From the NCBI GenBank assembly GCA_002189035.1, contig NEEC01000007.1:2232001-2296000 (forward strand): a DNA stretch of 64,000 nucleotides, written 5' to 3'. The stretch's first letter is position 1. Each line of letters opens with the position of its first letter. Shown here piece by piece: positions 26,872 through 38,953 of this stretch. A model generated the notes under the pieces. That model made no database searches. It saw only the letters and a list, made by a program, of their open reading frames with translations, and was not told the DNA's origin. The position numbers were made by a program, and so were the translations under genes. Source of the DNA: Utricularia gibba. Lineage: Eukaryota; Plantae; Magnoliophyta.

Positions 26872-28563
26872 GGTCGATGATGCACTGCGATTTCTGAGCA
26901 CTGTTCGGTTTTGTGCCGATGACAAGCTTTTATGTTGCTTGGATTGCTTTTATGGAGGAAACCAAATGCTTCTGCACCTCCAGAATGTTTTCGTGGCCAT
27001 GCGAGGTTCTTCCCACATTCATGTACGGCCAATCATATATGAACTTGGGATTATTTACAAAATTGGTCATTAATGTTTATTTTTTAAAATGAAATATGAT
27101 TATTATTCTTATACATGTCACGAAAATGGATAATTTTGATAAATAATCATATCAAAACTCATTCGTGATCACTGTCATTTTCTTTTATAGATATTAAAAT
27201 ACAAATATTACATATAGAATAATAATTATTTTTTAAATAGTTATTGATAGAGAATCATTTCAAAAATTGACTACTATTAATTTCTCTTTTATATACTTAG
27301 ATAAAAAAAAATTACATATAGAATGATCGTTTTTTTATATAACGTTTTAACACATATCCACTTTTTAATTCATCCTCCGTGTGGGTGTCCACTTTTGACT
27401 CATTTAGTAAAATGGCTATCTATACAATCTTTTACATATAATTAGTCCGTGTTTGGTAATAAGTATAATATGAGATATACCAACATATAAAATAATAATA
27501 ATATATTTAGTAATCAGTAATAAATTTTTTTGTGATATTTTTTTATTTTCTATAAATCATAAAATTGTCATCATTAACATTCTTGTTTATTTTTATAACT
27601 TCAATCAGGAGAAATTTATATCGGAATAATATATTCTGATATATCTATGAAACACACCCTTAACTTAAAATTTTTACGATGATAATTATTTTTCTCACAC
27701 ATTGAGGGGATGCGCATTTTTCTAATACGTCCCGCTAATACACTCTCCTATCAACGAGTGAGTTGCATGGAGTAGCTTAACATAATTAAAAACAATTAAT
27801 AGTTAATAATTTTTTAAATCTGAAAAAAAGATAATGAACTAATATCTTTTATGTGACTGCGACTTTGCAAAAGAATATCTAATATAGGATTTCTTTAGGT
27901 GTAATATAGTAAATATATCGTATATTATATATTGAATTAGATGTAATTAAAATTTAAGATATGCGATTAAAATTTGAAATTTGGATTTATTTGGTGGTTT
28001 AATGATTGACCCGAAATTTGAGCATCGTGGTGGCTATGGAAGATGCAAGCAGTACAAAATTGGGGGGTGATGTGTTTCTTCCAAAACTTGCCTAAATAAC
28101 ATGAAGGTGATCAAAAGGAAAGAAGGAACAAGCAACGGGGAGCCGTTGTTCCCCATTCCCTCTTCTCAAACAAACAAACAAAAAAGGATTTTTCCCATCC
28201 CCGAGATGCTGCTGCGTTGTAAGTAAATTCTCGTGCTCCAAATCGGTTCAAATGATTGTGGTAATTTCCAGAAGCTCTTGCTTTGGTTCTTGTTTTTTTA
28301 TATGAATTCAGGATTGTTTGTTTAATGGGTAATGCCTGCATTGTTTAATGAATAATGTTGTTCACGATCTCCATTTGTTTCCGTTGTTCCATGGTATTGT
28401 AGATGTCAACGTTCATTCCTTTGCTGTTCGCTGAGGTTCATTTCTTGGACATGGGGTTGGTTCGATGAACGCTTAGATATTTTGGTCGGTTTAAGAGCCC
28501 CTTTATTGTGAGAATTCTGCAGCACTTGAGTTGTTCATCTGCCCAAAATATTGTTGTGATCAA

Positions 28564-29908
28564 ATGGCTAATGGTAGAGTGGAATCACCCCGGTTGGAGA
28601 TTTCATCTTTAAAGGAGACTCTGTGTTTACAGCAGAAGCTTTTGCAAAAGCTTTCCAATGAGTTGGATGCTGAAAGAGAAGCTTCGGCTAGTGCTGCTAG
28701 TGAAGCGTTATCTGTGATATTACGCCTTCAACGAGAAAAGGCAGCGGTTAAGATGGAGGCTGAGCAGTACAAAAGATTGGCTGAGGAGAAAATTTGTCAT
28801 GCTGAAGAATCTTTTGCAATAATTGAAGATATCATAACTCAGAAAGAAATGGAGGTGGCCTCTCTTGAATACCAAGTTCAGAAATACAGATATACATTGT
28901 CAACAATGGGCTGTGCTGATTTCAATGGCGATGAGCTTACTACGTATCAGGAAACTGTTTTGCTAGTGAAGGAACATTTGGCTCGGGATACAGGAGTTTT
29001 AGGGAGGAGAAATTCGGCTCCTGCATTTGATAAGAACATGAAGTTTGTGAATGAGAAGGAGAATGGTGTTATCCCAATGATAAATATGAACTCCATGACA
29101 CTAGAGGAGGAAAATGAGCAAGAAATAGAGAGGTCTATCTCAGATTGTGACAAGATATGTAGTGATTTCACCCCACATGAAGGATTCACTTCTTATGGAG
29201 ATGAGATTAAGAAATTGGATGCACGTATAAAGGAGATTGCAGGAGATAATTATTTGAGGTTTATGAAGGAAAATCAAAGCAATGTTAAGGAAAAGAGTTC
29301 AGGTTCCAAGAAAACAGGTTCAGGTTCAATAAGAAACAGTCCATGTGGTGATCAGTCACCTAATCTTAAATTTCATGATGTTTTTGAAGTACCGGATGCT
29401 AATCATGAATGCAGATCTGGTGAAGTGTCTACAAAAACACAAGCAAAACTGCTAAAAAGACCCTTATTCAGGATAGATGAGAAAAGCATGTGGAAATCAT
29501 CTGATTATCAATACAATGAAACTCCAGAGATTTGTGAACTACAAGGTGCAGGAGCATCAAGTAGCAGGGGCAAAAAAACACCAAAGTTGAACAAAATCAA
29601 AGAGCAACTCAGATTGTTGCATGAGATTATTGTTGGAGGTCACGATTTTAATGAACAAGAAGAACGAGAGTTGCTAAGACAAATCAAACTCTTTGTAAAT
29701 GTATTAGAGAATGAGATTTGGAATCAGAAGCATTGGAGTGCCAAGAGAACTTCTTGGCAATATGAGCCACTTGAATGCCTTCTCCAGGAGGTTAGTTGTC
29801 TCCCAAAGTTAGCATTATGCAAGTATAAACTTGCTGCAAAATAAAACTGATCCAGTGCTTTTATGCTGTTGTATCTCAAAACAGGCGATGCTTTCATTCT
29901 GGCTTTGA
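28564..29908 (+). CDS. GTD-binding (DUF593/zein-binding) myosin-binding protein, MyoB7-like; 2 exons
   Basis: ELDAEREASASAASEALSVILRLQREKAAVKMEAEQYKRLAEEK; the last exon AMLSFWL* follows an intron after CLLQE. Confidence 0.88.
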
Positions 29909-30697
29909 TCTACAGAAACAAAACCTCCAAGACTCACAGCCTGATCTTCTTAAAAAAATACCACGCACCTTCTGTGTATATATTCTGTTCCACAAAACAA
30001 TTGATTTCAGTAAAACCTTCCCATCCACATTGCAATGTCATTGTACAGTGTCTTTTGAAGTACACTTATTCTTTATAGTGGTGCTACATATCACACTCAT
30101 GCCATTTCTTAGTGTTTTCATTGCGTTTGATGAAGTTGGTTGCTTATTTTATGCAAATCATGCTAAGTTTTCATGCGTTCTTTTTCAAGATAAAAAAATT
30201 CATCAATTAAATGGTGTATTCTTTCTTACATGTTTACTATTGTAATCATTATATTTTTCAATATATTACATCATTATACATGGAATGTGTCTTGTAATCA
30301 CTGTTTTAAAACTACATTTAATCTATGCTACAATTTACTTATGATTAGATTGAACTCAATTATTATAAATATATTATGAAAAATAAAAAGAATTGTTTAA
30401 ATTTAATATTTTTATAGGAAATGATAGAAATGAATGAAAATTGTATTCTTTTTTATAAATTTCAATCAATATATAAAGTAGATTTTTAAAGAATGAAATA
30501 TGGCAATAAAATAAAAAAGGAGAAATAAAATATCTGGCGTTAAAAGGAAGAGATACCAGCAGTGGGCAGTGGGCACACAGGGTTTACTTGAGGTTTTGAA
30601 TCCTTTCCTCTGGAGCGTTCGTTATCCACTGGGGTGGAGAAGGAACGCCATCTTCCCCGCTTCCAACTCCATTGTCTTCTGAGGGGGTTCATGAGCC

Positions 30698-33600
30698 ATG
30701 GCTTCCCCAGCTTATCTTTCCCCGAGTTCTACAACTCCATTTCACCGTCGCCAGAATTGCTTCCCGCGGGGGTTGGGAGGACGCCAAATGCCAAGGACAT
30801 GGCGACCTCGGAGGCTTCACTTTCGCAATTCCCTCAGCTTTGCACTTCTTTTCCTCACAACCTGAAACTTCCTACAGTCCATAGTGTTGCGCCGCTTCTA
30901 TCTCCTCCTGTCTCGGACGCGACTGATGATAATTTCCCTGAAAACTCCGACAAGGTGGCAACTTTGCTTGAAGCTCCACATGGGTTTTCTTCAGCGTTCT
31001 CGAAGGGGTCAAGTGAAAAGGTGATCATTCAAGACCCGCCATGGATTTCGTCTCTTGTTCTTAAAAGTTTGCTTTTTAGAACTAAGAAGAGAGGTGGGGT
31101 TAGAATGGAGTTTCAAGAAATGGAGAGCCGCAAGTATTATGAATTGAAAAGAAGGCAGATAAAACGTGAAACTGAGGCATGGGAGAATATGGTGGAGGAG
31201 TATCATGAACTGCAGAGGGAAATGTGTGAGAAAAAAATGGCCCCGAATCTTCCGTACTTTAAGAAATTGATGTTGGACTGGTTTGAACCTTTTCATAAAG
31301 CTATTAAGAAGGAGCAGAACTCGAAGAGGTCCGAGAAGAGTAAGAAAGCTTATTCACCATACATCGATGCTTTGCCAGCAGACAAAATGGCTGTTATTGT
31401 GATGCATAGAATGATGGGGCTGTTGATGATGGGGGAAAGGAGGATAGGTGTGTCCGTGTAGTGGAAGCAGCCATCCAAGTTGGGAAAGCAATCGAACAGG
31501 AAGTGAGTATTCATGAAATTTTGCTTTCGAGTTACCTTTTGTCTGTTTATTTGAAATTAATCGGACTTGGTGCGTCTGGCTGACATTTGGTGTCTCACGC
31601 ATCATTGTCGTCAACCAGCCAATGAGATAGAAACGTCTACCATGGGTCACTATATGCATATGCTGGATAACACCTTGAGCTTTTCTTCAGGTCAGGGTTC
31701 ACAGGTTCTTGGAGAAAACCAGAAAACATCATGATGCATTAGCTTCTGAAGGTCAAGAAAAAACACGGAATGAAGCTGCAATTTTGAGGAAACGAATTGG
31801 AAGCTTAATTCGAAGAAACAGGGTTACTGAAGTACATAGGCTGATTAGAAATGAAGATTTTGAGCCATGGAGTCAAGAAAACCAGGCAAAGGTTTGGCTT
31901 GGTCTATTTTTGTTTTTCAGGGAACTTATTCGTAATGCATCATTATCATATCCTTTCACTTATTGGGTGACTTCTGTTATGCAGTTGGGATCTTTTCTAA
32001 TAGATTTATTGACTCAAAGTGCTTATGTTCACCCTCCAGTCTGTCAATCAGCTGATAGTCCACCTGTTGTTTGCCCTGCATTTAGGCACACCCTCAAGAT
32101 TGCCCCAAGAGAACCCGGGTAAGTTTAATTTTCCCATAAATGATGCTGTTTTATAGAAAACTAGTAATAATAGTAGATTTATATTGAAGAGGGGGAGGAA
32201 ACCATGTATAACTGGCTTATCTCACCTTTTTCTACGCTATGTTTTGATGCCATTGTGTCTGTGTATGTGCAACCTTTTCCCGGTAAAGTGAAATATTCAT
32301 GAAATTCAAAGACAGTATCAAGGGGAGTACCTATATAGAATCCCAAACAAGAGATCACTCTTTCTTATCTTTTATAAGGAGTACCTATATAGAAACCTTA
32401 ATGGAGAACACTTGTAATTGACTTTTCCTTGTCTTTTATGATGGGATCACTCTTTCGTGTGTTTTATGTTCCTGTACCATCCACTCATCAAATTGTCTTG
32501 TTTCAGGCAAACCCTTGTTAAGCGGTATGGAGTGATAGAATGTGATCCAGTGGTCCTTACTGGGTTTGAGAAAAACGTGAGCCCCTCAACTGCTGTTTTC
32601 ACTTTTATTGGAAGTTAATTCTGACTGTAGGCCTTCAATTGGTTCCCCTCTCTAACAGTCAAGTTGTCTGTTTTTCGTTTTCATTAACCTGCAGTGTCTA
32701 ATAATCTGTCTATGCATTTTCCAGAAAATGCAAGCCCACCAAGAACCCATTATACTTTATAGGCATCTTTTCGTGCATGTTTTCCTGAATGTTATTTAAC
32801 CATGAACGGGTGTTTCCAAAATTATATTTGAGTACCAGGTCCATATTTTTCTCCTTTGACAATGTTTTGATCTTGTATTTTTTTTTTTTAAGTTTTTGTT
32901 CTTTCTTTCTTCATTGGTAGAAATTATGATTTAGTTAGGTATATATTTCACCACAGTTTGCACTTGATGAGAATGGCATAAAACAATAGGTTTGACAATA
33001 GAAGACAAACCATAATGGTGATGATCGTGCAAGAATGACTGAACTATTGCTGTTGAATATTTCTAGCTAGGAAGAGCTATAAGAAAGATTTATACATATA
33101 CATCACATCTTGTGAATATGGTTGAGTGTTTTTTGTTTCTGTTGTATATTTTGTGCAAACTCAGAGTATATTTCTATATGCAGATTCGGCATATTTTGGT
33201 CCCTTACATCCCCATGCTGGTGCCACCTAAGAAATGGAAAGGGTGAGATGCATTTCTACCATGTATCTTTACATTTACGTTGTAAGAGATGGAAATTATG
33301 CAGGATCACATGTTTGATTATTCTTTGTTTATCTGTGTGTGCTCATTGCTTTTAGGTATGACAAGGGAGGCTACTTCTTTTTGCCTTCATACTTGATGCG
33401 TACCCATGGATCACGAAAGCAGCGAGATGCTTTAAGAACTGTTTCTCCCAGACAAATGCAGAAGGTGTTCGAGGTGGTAGCTGAATTAATTTATTCATGC
33501 TACAAATTACTTTGTGATTTCAACCTTCAATTGTAACGTTGAATTTTTCTACCTCCTCTTTCTCATATTATGCCTCCTTTTAATGAACTCACTCAAAATA

Positions 33601-36600
33601 TTTTTCATCATAGAATCAAAATCAGTTCACTATAAGAGCCTTTGGATAAATTTTGAGATTACACAGTCTTCTGCTTATTTAATACAGCATTGGTGGCAGC
33701 ATATACTTAAGTGCAATGTAATAATTCTATGCTTATCTAATTTGCAGGCTCTTGATACTTTAGGAAATACCAAATGGAGAGTTAATAAATCGATCTTAAG
33801 TGTTGTGGAGAATATTTGGGCTGCAGGTGGTAATGTTGCTGGCCTGGTCAACTGTGAGGATGTAAGAGCGCCTCTTACATGTTTGTGTGCACATACATAC
33901 TCACCTGTAACTAAGAGATTTCTTGTTTTGAAAGAAGTTGATTTTGTGCAGCTCCCATTACCTGATTTAGTCTCTGACGATGTAAATGAAATAAAGAAGT
34001 GGAAGTGGAGTGTCAGGAAGGTAAAGAAAGTCAATCGAGAGAGGCATTCTCAAAGATGTGATACTGAATTAAAGCTCTCTGTAAGTCTGCATGATTTTTA
34101 CGTTATATTTTTTCCCTGGTTTTCTCTTATCGAATTAAAAATGGGCATGACAGAAGTGACTAATCTTTTCATCAGTTATTGTTACGTTGTTGTACCTGAT
34201 ATCATTCACCAAGTAGGGTTTCTTACATCTTTTAGCTTCTATTTTGTTTTTGTTATCTAGGATGCGGTTTCTTCTTCCTTGGGTCCTGCCTTCGATTATT
34301 TAAAGCTTTTAATGTTTTTTCCGTATTACGTTTTGGATGGATATGGGATTCAATCCACCCTGCTTGCCATCGTTTTTTAATTTGAAGGATGGGTTTTAGT
34401 TGAAATCTGAGCAGGAAACTTTTCTAACAGGTTGCTCGGGAAATGAAAGATGAAGAAGGTTTCTATTATCCTCATAATCTTGACTTCAGAGGCCGTGCAT
34501 ATCCTATGCACCCACATTTAAATCACCTAAGCTCTGATCTCTGCAGAGGAATTCTTGAGTTCTGTGAAGGAAGGCCATTAGGAAAGTCTGGGCTATATTG
34601 GTTAAAATTACAGTTAGCCAATCTCTATGGAGGTGGTGTTCAAAAACTTTCTTATGATCACCGCCTATCCTTCGTAGAGAAAAACATCGCAGAAATATTG
34701 GATTCTGCTGAGAACCCACTCTCTGGAAATCGGTGGTGGTTGAAGGCTGAGGACCCTTTTCAATGCTTAGCTGCCTGCATCAACCTTTCTGATGCTTTGA
34801 AAAGCTCCTCACCACAAACTTTCATCTCTCACTTGCCTATTCATCAAGTATGCCAATGCAACTTACTGCTAAAACTCATTTTAATGCAAAGAGATTCAAT
34901 TATTTTATTCTTGTATGAGATTGTTGTTGATGCTACATTTCTTTTTACTTGGTTTGAATTGCTTGTTCATCAAACCAAAATGTATGTTCCTGACTAATAC
35001 TACTATTAAGTAATAAAAACACCATGCACATTCCATCATATCATGGGTAAGAATGCGTTGATATGGTTGCTCGTGTCTTAATTTTGATTCTCTAAGCATA
35101 TTAATATACGTCATCATTGCATTTGGATGTTTATTTCCTGGGACTTGTCTTGAAATGCTAGGTCGAAGACTTGTTTACTAGACAAAAAACAATATGTAAT
35201 AATGTCATGTTTATTCTACAATCTCTATGGATGTTACTTAAAGTCTGTGATATGCTTTATGCATGATTTTTTATCCTAGTTTTCTTTTCTTTTTTCAGGA
35301 TGGCTCGTGCAATGGACTACAACATTATGCTGCTCTTGGAAGAGATAGTGTAAGTGCCGTTATTCAGATTTAGTGTAGCTTCTGTTTTTTTTTTTTCGAA
35401 TATTGATGCAAATGTGACTTTCCATCAATTATAAGATTCCCATTTCCTTCGGAATACATTTAATGTTCTCATTGCATGTCTTCATTGTGGTTTTTAAGGT
35501 CAGCAGTCTTGTCACTCCTGAAAGCATCTATAGCCACTACTCATAGTTTCAGTGTTTTCTCTCATTTTTGTTATTTCTTTATATATTTGTTTAGCATAGT
35601 GCCACTTTTTTTTCCCAGTTTGAAGCTGCTGCTGTAAACTTAGTTGCCGGCGACAAACCAGCAGATGTTTACTCCGAAATTGCTGAGAGGTATTTGGATC
35701 TGATTCCCATGACACGCCCATGGCTTCTTTTCCTTTCTGTGGCGTTTGTTGGGTCCAAGTTTTTCTAAAGATGTACCGGAAAACTGTTTACAACATTACA
35801 TTTCTATGTGTAGGGTTCTCAGTATTATGAAAAAAGATAGTGAGATGGATCCTCCAGTAGAAAGAAATTCTTCTCTGGCCAAGCTCTTAATTGGTCAGGT
35901 CAGTATTTCTAGTCCTCTCTTTTTTTTTTCCTTTTTTGTAGAAAGAATGAAGTTGTTGCTCATGAATGCTCTTTTCTCGTGGCATCAGGTGGATAGGAAA
36001 CTTGTAAAACAGACAGTGATGACTTCGGTTTATGGTGTCACTTATATTGGTGCTCGTGATCAGATTAGACGAAGATTGGAGGAGAAGGGCTTTATCAATG
36101 ATGACAGACTGCTCTACTCTGCCTCAAGTTATGCTGCTAAAGTGAGTAATGCTATCCTAAAAAGTTCTATGTTGCTTCACTTGGCTCTATTTTTGCGTCA
36201 ATAGTTTGTTGCAGGTGACAATGACTGCCCTTGGACAACTTTTTCAAGCTGCCCGTGAAATAATGGCTTGGCTTGGTGACTGTGCAAAGGTTCTTTTTCT
36301 TTATACATTATCCTAGTAAATTCTGCATTTGATAATGTATAATGTTTTCCATGTCTCATGATATCCCACAGTTAATTGCTTCAGAAAATGAACCTGTGCG
36401 TTGGACCACTCCCCTTGGACTTCCTGTTGTTCAGCCATACTTCAAAACTAAGAATTATGTTGTAAGTGCATGCTCCTTCAAAGAAATCTCGCATTTACAA
36501 ATGATTTTGAACCAAAGTACACTACTGGTTCAGTGCATACAGTACGTGATGTCTTCATTCTCTCCCTCTGTTAATTATATGTAATAAAATCCTTTTCCTT

Positions 36601-37656
36601 GCTCTTGTCAATGCAGGTAAAAACATCACTCCAGATTTTGGCTTTACAGCGTGAGAGTGATTCTGTATGTTGACAGTAACATTCTCCCTTTCTTCTTTTG
36701 ATGGGCCTGCAAGTTCTGAAGCACATCTATATGACTAATCGTAGGTTGAAATCAGAAAGCAAAGAACTGCTTTTCCACCAAACTTCGTGCACTCTCTTGA
36801 TGGAACACACATGATGATGACAGCTGTCGCCTGTCGTGATGCTGGTTTGAACTTCGCAGGTCCTTTTTCCTTAATATCTCTTAACATGTTAACTCACTGA
36901 CTTTTAGCTGTGGGAGAATCATCTGATCTGTAAATGAAAAATGTTCCTGCTAGTTTACCGTTCATAAGGTTCCCAAAAGTCACAGCCTACTGTTTAAATT
37001 GGGCTTTGCCTACTGTTAGTATTTTTTAGAATTGGCGCCTAACTTCTCTTGGTTCTTGTTAATGCAAGTTCATGTCATGTTGGTTAGGGTGGTGAAGCTA
37101 GTCTGATTTCTATTTGGTCGGCCTCTTGAGTGACCCTTCTTGGAACCGTCCATCAATATTGATCCCATGCTTCTGTTTGGTCGTTTCTGTTGCTTATGCC
37201 TCATGAGTATGCCATGCTGTTTGCAAGTAACCATTCTGAGATTTTAGAAAGTATGCTTCAACATACCTCCTACGATTGCAGGGGTGCACGATTCATTCTG
37301 GACACATGCGTGTGATGTTGATAAAATGAACCAGATACTACGGGAGAAGTTTGTGGATCTCTATGAAATGCCTATTCTTGAAAATGTAAGCATCTCATCC
37401 TCACTGCCAAGTTGCAAGTTATTTCTTTTTTTGTTGTCATTCTCGTTTTTTTGCTGCTTCTCCAAGAAACTGCAATCCATAAATTCCTGATGCGGCAAGA
37501 TATGGTGCTCATTTATCTGAATCCTCTTGTTTACTCTGGTTGCAGCTGCTAGAAGGCTTCCAGACAGCATATCCAACGCTCAAATTTCCTCCTCTTCCAA
37601 AAAGGGGAGACTTCGATCTCACAAAAGTTTTGGATTCTCCATACTTCTTCAACTGA
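30698..37656 (+). CDS. RPOTp: Phage-type (T3/T7-like) plastid RNA polymerase RPOTp/RpoT3; many exons, two apparent 1-nt deletions in exon 1
   Basis: QDPPWISSL (RpoTp-type N-terminus), [73 protein letters not shown]-terminal SPYFFN* (TGA 37654-37656). Confidence 0.93.
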
Positions 37657-37722
37657 TTCACTGCCCATCTCCCACCACATTTGCCACACGAAAACCAACT
37701 GCGGTAAATGCCATATTTGAGT

Positions 37723-37920
37723 TCAAAACCAACCGTTTCTCTTCCCAACATGCGCTAAATATAACTTGGCTTCATCCTTTATCTTTTCCCTACTCCCTGT
37801 GAAGTGAAAGGAGGTGCCAAAGGCCTTGGAGTTAGTTATAAAGCACTTCAGCCACCCCCTTTGTGGATGTTTCTTCTTCTCCTTCTGCTGGCCAAGGATC
37901 AACCTCTTCTTCTTCTCCAT
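37723..37920 (-). CDS. Candidate 65-aa basic small ORF, unknown family
   Basis: gcagcATGG context, TA-rich box and a CA-rich leader upstream. No family recognised. Confidence 0.25.
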   Translation of the reverse strand: MEKKKRLILGQQKEKKKHPQRGWLKCFITNSKAFGTSFHFTGSREKIKDEAKLYLAHVGKRNGWF

Positions 37921-38953
37921 GCTGCTGCATCATCTGGGATCTCTGCACTGTAGTGGTTTTGATAGTTGTTATGTATATATATATGTCTCTCGAATATGGA
38001 TCATCGTCGTCGTCGATGTCTCCTCTCATGTTAGATCAAGATTTGTGATGATATAAGGAGCATATTCCATGGTATATAAACAACAATGTAATTTCATGCC
38101 TATGTTTGGGCGTTGGTCACCTCATGTGTGGATGAAGGATTTGTTGGTTTTTAAGATATATTTAAATAATATATTAGTTGTGGAATAAGATATTATTAAT
38201 AAGGGGCGATGGGAGAAAATATGTGTAAATATTTGAAAATTGGGGAAATGGGGTCCAAAGCTCGCACGCCATCACCGACGCGGTGGAAGTAAAGAGTAGA
38301 AAGCCAGGGCCTGGGCCTTCGTCTACTGCTATTTGCTTCTATCTCATCTCATGGCTTACTCTTTTTCTACACGCAATTACTACCTTCGCGTGGTTCGGTT
38401 TCCCTTCTAGCCAAGAGCAGTTCTCGACATTTTTCTTTGGGAGGACAGCACGCACGCCAAGGTATCTGGATATTCGGTTGTGATCCCACGTTTCGTGCTC
38501 GATCGTTTCTTTTTTTATGCGGAATTGCAGGACCCAAGTCTCGTGAGTAGTCGTGGAAGTTCGGGTTCTTCCGTAATTCTTGTTGTCGGGTTTGGGATTT
38601 TGAAACGCGTGTGTTTCATTGATATTGTTCTGTTCTTCCTTTTTTTTTTTTTTCTTAAAGGGGGGCGCTTTATGAGGAGTGGATTTGAGTTTCCCGGGCT
38701 AGGAACTAATCTGTGGTTATGGTTTATAGAATTGGCGGAATATTGAAGGTAACGTATGGGCTTTCGGATTTTTCCAAGTGGGTTTGAGGAATTGGCGAAA
38801 TCTCATACTCGGTTTGCTGCTGATTTGTTATATCCGAGTATCAGGATTTTTGGGTTCTTATTTGGAAGAGAATGAAATTCAATTGAACTTGCCCACAAGA
38901 GCTTGTGTTGATTCAAGTGTATGCCTTAGTTTGTCTCAGGAGATATTGTCTAA

